Positions 44,841 through 64,000 of a stretch of 64,000 bases of DNA are shown in pieces. Each line of letters starts with the position of its first letter. Position 1 is the first letter of the stretch. Location: the NCBI RefSeq assembly GCF_009914755.1, contig NC_060947.1. One strand, written 5' to 3'. A program made the translations under genes and the position numbers. The notes under the pieces were generated by a model that saw only the letters and a program-made list of their open reading frames with translations, was not told the origin of the DNA and did no database searches. The stretch comes from the human T2T-CHM13v2.0 reference genome, Homo sapiens.

Positions 44841-45484
44841 TAGATGAACGGTGAAACTTCTGGGATCTATTCTCCATTTCCTTTATTATTTTACTTTCAT
44901 ACTTTCTATTTCGTAATCGTTTTCTACTATACAGTGAAGTAGTGCCGTGCCTGAAGTTTTTCATTGGGTTGTTCCAATTTCTCTTATGATATGCAAAAGC
45001 TTTGTCGTATATTAGAGATGGTTACTTTTACTGCGGATGCTTCACCATTTTCTCCAAAATTTGCCTCTTTACACAGTTGTTTATGGTGTCTTTTGACTTA
45101 GATGATACTTTAATTTTTACATCTTTAAGTATGTCAGATTCATTGTTCATAGCCTTGGTGTAATGTCAGGAAGTGCCTATGCCAACTCAAAATGTCTTAC
45201 ACTGTAATATTTTCCTAAATTTTCGTCTAGTTCTTTATGACTTCACGTTTTCACATTTAAGTCAGTGAATTTTTAGAATTTATTATTTTATGTGGTTTAA
45301 AGTAAGTATTTTAATATTTATTTTTTCAAATGGATAGACACTTGTCAAGCAATCGTTTATTATACAACCCATCTTTTGCCCAGTGTTTGGAAATGCATGC
45401 TGAATTTTGCACATAACTTAGTCTGTTTCTTGACTTTCTATTTTTTTTTTTCACTAATCTGTTTCTATATGTATTCATTTTTTA

Positions 45485-45805
<321 letters not shown>

Positions 45806-46424
45806 TCAAAAAAAAATTATATAGCTAAGACAATTTTTGAAAAAGAAGAATAAGGTAGGAGGAATGGCTCTACCATATTTCAATACTTCTTATATAGCTA
45901 CAGGAATCAAGACTGTGTAGTATTGGCAGAAGAATAGACACATAGATCACTGGAGCAAAATAGAGAACCTAGAAATAGCCACACACTGATTTTTTACAAA
46001 GAGACAGAAAGAAGGAAGGATCGTCTGCTTAACAAATGGTGCTGGAGCAGTTGCATATCCATAGGCAAAAAAAAAAAAAAAAAAAAAATAAGACCTAATC
46101 TTCATAACTTTATACAAAAAAGTAACTCAAATGGATCATATATTTAAATCTGAAATATAAAACTAAAAAAAAAAGCTTTTACAAGAAAACATAGGAGAAA
46201 CGTCTGAGATCTAGGGCATGGTGAACAGTTCAAAAAGCATAATCCATAAGGAAAAAAAGTAAATTAGATTTCATCCAATTTAAAACTTTTGCTCTGCAAG
46301 AAACCCTGTTAAAAGGATGAAAAAACAAAGTATGGACTGGGAGAAAATGTTTGCAAACCACATATCCAAGAAAGGACTCACATCCAGAATATATAATGGA
46401 TATGTATAGTACTCTCAAAACTCA

Positions 46425-46874
<450 letters not shown>

Positions 46875-47326
46875 TCATTTGCTTCACTAGATGCAGAATA
46901 ACACCACGATGAGGTATCACTACACACTTATTACAATAGCTAAAATAAAAGACATAGTGACAACACCAAATGGTGACAAGGATGCAGAGAAAATGGACAC
47001 CTCATTAAGTGCTGCTGGGAAGGTAAAAGCAGTTTGGTAGTTTCTTATAAAACTAAACATGCAGTGACCATACAATTCAACAATTACACTTCAGAGAAGT
47101 TAAAATGTATGCCCATCCAGAAACTTGTACACAATTGTTCATAGCAGCTTTACTTGTAATAGCCAAAAGCTGGAAATAATCAATATGTCCTGCAATAAGC
47201 GAATGGTTGAACTGTGGTACATCCATACCATGGAATACTACTCCGTAATAAAAATGAACAATTGGCCGGGCGCAGTGGCTCACGCATGTAATCCCAACAC
47301 TTTGGGAGGCCGAGGCGGGCGGATCA

Positions 47327-47756
<430 letters not shown>

Positions 47757-47968
47757 TTAATATATTGGATGAATCTCCATGGAATTATGCTGAGTGAAAT
47801 AAGCCTGTAAAATGTTATATACTATAAGATTTCATTTGTACAGCATTGTAGAAAAGACAAAATTGTAGAAATGAAAAAGATTAGTAGTTGCCAGGGGTTA
47901 GGGATGGTGGACGGGAGGAGAGTGGGTATTACTAAAAATGAGTAGCACAAGGGATAGCACTTTGGTGA

Positions 47969-48169
<201 letters not shown>

Positions 48170-49072
48170 TAAGTTTTGTATTTTTAGTAGAGACGGGGTT
48201 TCTCCTTGTTAGCCAGGCTGGTCTCAAACTCCTGACCTGAAGTGATCCACCCACCTCGGGCTCCCAAAGTGCTGGGATTACAGGCGTGAACCACCGCACC
48301 TGGCCATGATCTGTATCTTATTTTTTTCTGAAATATAAGCTTTATTTAAAATTTAAAAAATTATTAAAAATAAACATTCTTTGGCCAGGCGCAGTGGTGG
48401 CTCATGCCTGTAATCCCAGCACTTTGGGAGCCCGAGGCGGGTGGATCACGAGGCCAGGAGATCGAGACCACGGTGAAACCCCGTCTCTGCTAAAAATAAA
48501 TAAAAAAATAAAAATAAAAATAAAAAATAAACAAACATTTTTCTACAAATTTTAATCAAGCACTCAAAGCAATTCAGGAATGTTAAACACTAATTCTTAA
48601 TTGAAAATAATGACATCCATAGAATACATCCTGGTGTTAGCCAACATGAAGTTTACTTAATATTAGTATTTTATATATGCTTAACCATTCATCCTTCCTA
48701 AAATTCAATGATAACAATGATTTGACTTTATAAGGTGAAGCCATTTATGTAATACCCCAGAGATAACATTTTCAAATACAAAACATTTATACTAGCATGG
48801 AAATTATAAAAACATATATAAATTATACTGAAGGATGTGATTTAAAGGCTGTCAATACACATAGATGCATTTTACCTTAGAAAGTACACATGCACATCAA
48901 AACATTCATTGAATATAGATGCCATTAAATTCTCTTACTTACGTTACAAAGCAACGGGCAGGTTCATAAACGTTGTTCTAGTATGTATCAACTGCAAAAA
49001 ACATATATTCCACGAAAAGGTTTTGAAGACACATGGGAGTGGAATGTGCCCACATTTAGAGCAGAGCTTTTA

Positions 49073-49614
<542 letters not shown>

Positions 49615-49877
49615 TTAAGCAAATAAATACATAAATAAAATAATTATTTTCTTCTTACAACAGTTACAACATCAGAAGGTAGCTTCATGGGTTCATTTCT
49701 CAGGAGAATACCCATTGTTTCTGCATTTTCAGCAAGGTTTTCTTCTTCTAAAACTTCAAGGGCTGCGATGGCCACTTGGCAGCCTAGTGGATTGCCACCG
49801 TATGTGGACCCACGTTCCCCTGGCTTAATGGTCAGCATTATGTTATCATTCCACAGCACCGCAGACACAGAGTATCA

Positions 49878-50030
<153 letters not shown>

Positions 50031-50076
50031 TTAAAATACCACAAAGCTTACTGTTCTTACGGAGACTCAGCTGGTT

Positions 50077-50080
50077 CTTT

Positions 50081-50116
<36 letters not shown>

Positions 50117-50520
50117 TCCTTCCTTCCTTCCTTCCTTCCTTCTTTCCTTCCTTCCTTCCTCCCTCCCTCCCTTCTTCCCTTCCCTTCCTTCTTCCCTTTC
50201 CTTCCCTTCCTTCTTCTCTTCCCTTCTTCCCTTCCCATCTTCCCTTCCTGTCTTCCCTTCCCATCTTCCCTTCCCTTTCTTCCCTTCCTTCTTCCCTTCC
50301 GTTCTCCCTTCCCTTCCTTTTCCTTCTCCTTTCGCTTCCCTTCTCCCTTCCCTTCCCTTCCCTTCCCTTCCCTTCCTTTCCCTTCCCTTCCCTTCCCTTC
50401 CCTTCTCCTTTCCCTTCCCTTCCCTTCCCTTCCCTTCCCTTCCCTTCCCTTCCCTTCTCCTTTCCCTTCCCTTCTCCCTTCCCTTCTCCCATCCCTTCTC
50501 CCTTCCCTTCCTTTTCTTTT
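50077..50520 (+). repeat. ~440-bp polypyrimidine/polypurine tract ((CTTT)n, (CCTT)n, (CCCTT)n)
   Basis: Direct read; occupies the tail of an Alu right arm (50521-50600). Confidence 0.95.
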
Positions 50521-50599
50521 CGACAGTTTTTCTCTGTCACCCAGGCTGGAGTGCAGTGGTGGGATCTCAGCTCAATGCAACCTCCCCTTCCCGGGTTCA

Positions 50600-51350
50600 A
50601 ATCATTGAGTGAACCCAGGAGGTTGAGACCAGCCTGGGAAACATAGCAAAAGGCAGGGTGGTGCAGGCCTGCAGTCCCGAGGCCGAGGCAGGAGGATCAC
50701 TTGAACCCAGGAGGTAGAGACCAGCCTGGACAACATAGCGAAACTGTCTCTACTAGAAAAATTAAAGATATTAGTGGGGGCTGGGTGGTGTGTGCCAGTG
50801 GTCCCGAGGCTGAGGCAGGAGGATTGCTTGAGCCCAGGAGGTCAAGGCCAGCCTGGCCAACATAGTGAAACCCCATTTCTACTAATAAGAAGAACAACCA
50901 AAAATAGCATGGGCGGGGTGGCTCACCCCTGTAGTTCCCAGGCTGAGGTGGGAGGATTGCTTGAGCCCAGAAGGTCGATACCAGCCTGGTCAACATAGCG
51001 AAAGCCTGTCTCTCCTAAAAAAAATTATCAGGGCAGAATGGCACACGCCTATGGTCCCGAGGCTGAGGTGGAAGCATTGCTTGAGCCCAGGAGGTTGAGG
51101 CCAGTCTGTGCAACATAGCAAAACCCGGTTTCTACTGAAAAACAAAAAAAATACCGTGGGCAGGGTGGTGCATGCCTGTGGTCCCCAGGCTGAGGAGGCG
51201 GGAGGATCCCTTGAGCCCTGGAGGTTGAGGCCAGCCTGGCCTACATAGAGAAACCCAGTTTCAACTAAAAAATAATAATAATAATAACAAAAACAAACCT
51301 GGGCAGGGTGGTGCATGCCTGTAGTCCCGAGAATGAGATGGGAGGATTGA
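50600..51350 (+). repeat. Tandem array of ~7 chimeric Alu monomers with shared 10-nt deletion
   Basis: Units GGGCAGGGTGGTGCATGCCTGTAGTCCC^GAGGCTGAGG...GAGGCCAGCCTGGCCAACATAG...TCTACTAAAAA; paralog of 26335-27400. Confidence 0.85.
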
Positions 51351-51470
51351 CCAAGGCGGATGTAACCAATACCACAATCACATCCCATAAGTAAATACAT
51401 TTTCCTCTCTCCAGGGCTACAGGTAAAGGATGGTAATTGTGCGCACCACACTTACATTCCCTTCCAAAAA

Positions 51471-52112
<642 letters not shown>

Positions 52113-52289
52113 TCACAGATCGACTATTTTTTCTTCCCACGGTTCAGACTAGAATCCAGATGTTTAACCCAAGATCCAGGGACGGTCTTCAGAGAGTTCA
52201 AAATCTCCTGATGGCGCCTGAGGACCACCCACTTTGTCGCACAAAGTGTGGCTGGAGGAGGCGACAACATTCTGCAATGTCACTGCCCA

Positions 52290-52484
52290 AGGATGATGGA
52301 CCAATCAGGGCAGTTAGTGAACTCCATCTGGCCAATTAGAAGTCAGAACAGTAGGCGGAACAAGGGAAGCTGATGTGGCGTCTGTCAGTCCAGGCTCTAG
52401 GGACAGAACCTTCCCAAGGCGGGGGGGAGGGGAGACTCTGATTTTCCCGCCGAAAGCGTCCCCTTGGATTGGCTACTTTAAATT
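52290..52484 (+). promoter_or_regulatory. SSX4 proximal promoter with paired CCAAT boxes
   Basis: CCAAT at 52301 and 52332 (31 bp apart), GC box-like GGCGGGGGGAGGGG at ~52418, and an extra ATTGG at ~52468. Confidence 0.6.
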
Positions 52485-52532
52485 CAGAGTACGCACACGC
52501 CGATTTGCCCTTTTGATTCTTCCACAATCAGG
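52485..52532 (+). other. SSX4: SSX4 non-coding exon 1
   Basis: Donor AATCAGG|gtaagc at 52532; paralogous to SSX3 exon 1; TSS approximate. Confidence 0.75.
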
Positions 52533-53024
52533 GTAAGCATGCGCTGATTTTCTCTTTCCATTCTTCCTACCCCTCCCCTCCGCCGTGGTGCACTTCTTAT
52601 CTAATTTTAATAATGTATTTATGTGAGGCAGGTCGCCATCTCAAATTCTTCCTGTCAGTTTCTAACTTTTTCAGGTATGGGATTTTTCCTAGGAGCTCTG
52701 TAGTAACTTAAAAAATCTGGGCTGGGCGTGGTGGCTCACGCTTGTAATCCCAGCACTTTGGAGGCCCACAGGTGGTGGATCGCTTGAACCCGGGAGGCGG
52801 AGGTTGCAGTGAGCCACGATCGCGCCACTGCAACACAGCCTGGGCAACAGAGCGAGACCCTGTCTCAAAAAAAAAAAAAAAAAAAAAAAACTCCTGGGCT
52901 CAAGCGATCCTCTCGCCTCGGCCCCGGGACTACAGGCGTGCACCACCCCGCCCAGAGCACCAAAGGTCCTGAGGCTGGAAAGACTCAGGCTGTTTCTCTC
53001 GCAGGTGAGACTGCTCCCAGTGCC

Positions 53025-60941
<7,917 letters not shown>

Positions 60942-61727
60942 CTCCGTAAGTGAACTTTCGGACCACCCTCCACATCCTTGCAGATGTACTATTCTGTTAT
61001 GGTACTGGTATCCCATCTTATCACTTGTTCCCCAAATCATTCCCTTCTCATAATTTTCTAGGGTACAGCATTGAGGCTGAATGATGAGATTTCCCATGCT
61101 CTTTCTTTCTATTTTTTTTCCTTTTTGAGAGGGAGTCTTGCTCTGTCGCCCACGCGGGAGTGTAGTGGCGCGATCTTGGCTCACTGCAACTTGTGCCTCT
61201 CAGGTTCAAGCAATTCTCCTGCCTCAGCCTCCTGAGTAGCTGGGATTACAGGTGCACACCACCACACCAGGGTAATTTTTGCATTTTTAGTAGAGACGGG
61301 GTTTCACCATGTTGGTCAGGCTGGACTTGAACTCCTGACCTCGTGATCCACCTGCCTCGGCCTCCCAAAGTGCTGGGTTTACAGGCATGAGCCACCATGC
61401 CCGGCCAATTTCCCATGCTCTTTCTACTCCCTGCCCTGTATATCCAAGGTTGCTCCCTACCCAGGATGCTGTGGGTTCCCAAACCCCAGGTCAGCCCTGA
61501 TATGCGGGCCACACCTTCCTCTAGCCTAGGAATTGAAAACCCAGGCGAAGAAGTCACTGTGGCATGAACAGATGGTTCACTTCGAGGAACCGTGGAAGGT
61601 GTGTGCAGGTCCTGAGGTAGGGCAGAATCAGAGTGTGCAGGGTCTGCAGGTCAGGAGGAGTTGAGATTGAGTTGTCACGTGGTGGGAACTCACTGCCACT
61701 TACTTTCCTTCTCTCTTCTTGCCTCAG

Positions 61728-62316
61728 CCTCGGGGATATGACACATGCCCATGATGAGAAGCAGAACGTGGTGACCTTTCACGAACATGGGCATGGCTGC
61801 GGACCCCTCGTCATCAGGTGCATAGCAAGTGAAAGCAAGTGTTCACAACAGTGAAAAGTTGAGCGTCATTTTTCTTAGTGTGCCAAGAGTTCGATGTTGG
61901 CGTTTCCGCTGTATTTTCTTGCAGTGTGCCATTCTGTTAGACATTAGCGTTTTCGTTGATGAGCAAGACATGCTTAATGCATATTTCGGCTTGTGTATCC
62001 ATGCACCTACCTCAGAAAACAAGTATTGTCAGGTATTCTCTCCATAGAACAGCACTACCCTCCTCTCTCCCCAGATGTGACTACTGAGGGGAGGTCTGAG
62101 TGTTTAATTTCCGATTTTTTCCTCTGCATTTACACACACACCACACACGCACACACACACACCAAGTACCAGTATAAGCATCTCCCATCTGCTTTTCTCC
62201 ATTGCCATGCGTCCTGGTCAAGCCCCCCTCACTCTGTTTCCTGTTCAGCATGTACTCCCCTCATCCGATTCCGTTGTATCAGTCACTGACAGTTAATAAA
62301 CCTTTGCAAACGTTCC
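61728..62316 (+). other. SSX4: SSX4 exon 8 (3'UTR) with poly(A) signal
   Basis: Acceptor cctcag| at 61728; AATAAA 62295-62300; (CA)n at 62132-62162. Confidence 0.85.
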
Positions 62317-64000
62317 CCAGTTGTTTGCATCTCTCATTATTGTGCACACAGCTCTGTGCACGTGTGTGAATATTTCTTTAGGAAAGATTCTTAGAAGTGG
62401 AATTGATGTGTCAAAGGAGTCATTTATTCAACAAAAAACTAATGAGTGTGTACTAGTGCTGAGAACTGTTCGAGGTGCTGGAGAGACATCAGGGAACAAG
62501 GCAGACAGATGTTCCTGACCACCATTCTAGAGGAAGATATTTCCAGTCGTTGGTATTGTTTGTTTGTTTGTTTCTTCTAGAGATGGGGTCTTGCTCTGTC
62601 CAGGCTAGAGTGCAGTGGCACGATCATAGCTTAATGCAGCCCTGAACTTGTGGGCTCAAGGGATCCTCCCACCTCAGCCTCCAGAGAAGCTGTGACTACA
62701 GCCACGCACCATCATGACCCACTGATTTTTTTAGGTTTTGTCAAGAAAGTCTCGCTATATTACCCAGGCTGGTCTCCAACTCCTGGGCCCAAGCAATCCT
62801 CCCACCTTGGCCTCCTAAAGTGCTGGGATTACAGGAGTGGGCCACTGCGCCTGGCCTCCAGTTTTTATTTTGATAGAGACTATACACTTCAGTCCTGGAG
62901 CAGGATTCTGCAGCAGGTGGTTGGGCATCTGGGCCTTTGCTCTCTGAGTGATTTTCAAGTTCAAGGGCTGGGACGGTCCATTTGGGAGTATGTGGAAGGA
63001 GACACAGATGAAATCGTCATCTGGGGAACGTGGAGGAATGAGGAAGATGCGTGCACTGTAGACCGTGATGGACAGGGAATAGAAGAGTCCACTCAGTCTC
63101 CATGCAGGGGAGCAACGGTGGGAAAGTCCCCTGGACAGAAGCATGAGACTGCCCATCAAGGGTCTCACCAACCAAGGGCCTGGGGGCTGGGGTGGGGACG
63201 ATGATTTCGGAAGGGGCCAGTTCTTTCTCACATGTACCATTGCACAGTGTGGAGGGGAAACAGGTCTGCGGAAGGGGAGCGCAGATGGGAGTCTATTTTC
63301 GAACCAACCATTGTGTGTGAATGGAGACATCAAGTCCTCCCGGTTCTCCCCAGCCTTGGAAGGAGGACACTATCATCTTTATGCCTATATGTTAGATGAG
63401 AGACGGAGTCCCAGCCAGATGGCAGGCGTCTTGTCTGAGGTCCCACAGCTGGCAGGTGCAGGAGGGGCTGAGTTTGGAGCTCACTGACTTCAGAAACATT
63501 AAGGAGGACAGGTGTGTGTGGTGGAGGGAGGGGGAATTGAACAAGCCCCGGGCTCTGTCCCCAGTCACAAGGTAGAGGCTGTGGGTTCGTTTTCCAAGAC
63601 AAGGAGCCCTAGGAGAGAGAGAGTGCGGGGAGGGAGAGGCAGTCGTGATCACAGCAGGGACAGTGGGAGACAGAGATATGCAGGGTGGGCAGAAGAGGGG
63701 CAGGCAAAGAAGCAGGGGAGACCCAAGGCCAAGTGGGGGCTGCCACAGCCACCAGAGGGAGAGGGTGCCTGGAAGGAGGTTGTGGGGCTCCAGGAGCAGT
63801 AGAGGTTCCCCAGATCTGTGAGCATGCCCTGCCTGGCACTGCAGGAAGAGGTGGCTGCCACCCAGGTCAGTGTGGACGTACCTCTACCTGTGTCTCAGGG
63901 GAAACAAATTCTATTTTATCCCAGTATAGTTCTGTATTACACAAATGTAACATTCGGCTACTAGATATTGAGTGCCTTATCCTCCATGCAAATACAGCAG

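Overview
Human-type primate DNA from the SSX cancer/testis gene cluster (Xp11.23 by established knowledge). It holds two complete, divergently oriented 8-exon genes that I spliced by hand to 188-aa proteins: SSX3 (- strand, CDS 24215->16470) and SSX4 (+ strand, CDS 53025->60941). They sit in the arms of a ~20-kb inverted segmental duplication (13633-33728 vs 44430-64000). Each SSX promoter is head-to-head with a disrupted OAT processed pseudogene, a third OAT 3' fragment lies in the spacer, and an S100A11 processed pseudogene lies inside a separate ~3.8-kb-arm inverted repeat at 0.2-11.3 kb. The rest is dense Alu, L1, ERV1 LTR/internal and Tigger1 sequence; almost all ORF-track entries are repeat artefacts. 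The most interesting signals are: (i) a Tigger1/L1 composite in SSX intron 6 that supplies two cryptic exons, plus a dual-frame exon 7, all of which remove the SSXRD domain and differ between the paralogs; (ii) a tandem array of chimeric Alu monomers sharing one 10-nt deletion, which replaced the middle of the OAT pseudogene; (iii) a 44-bp tandem repeat that builds SSX exon 1 and its donor; (iv) strong replacement excess between SSX3 and SSX4 next to a ~99%-identical non-coding tract. I see no evidence of a wholly new gene system. Repeat subfamily names are from recall, and repeat boundaries are approximate.
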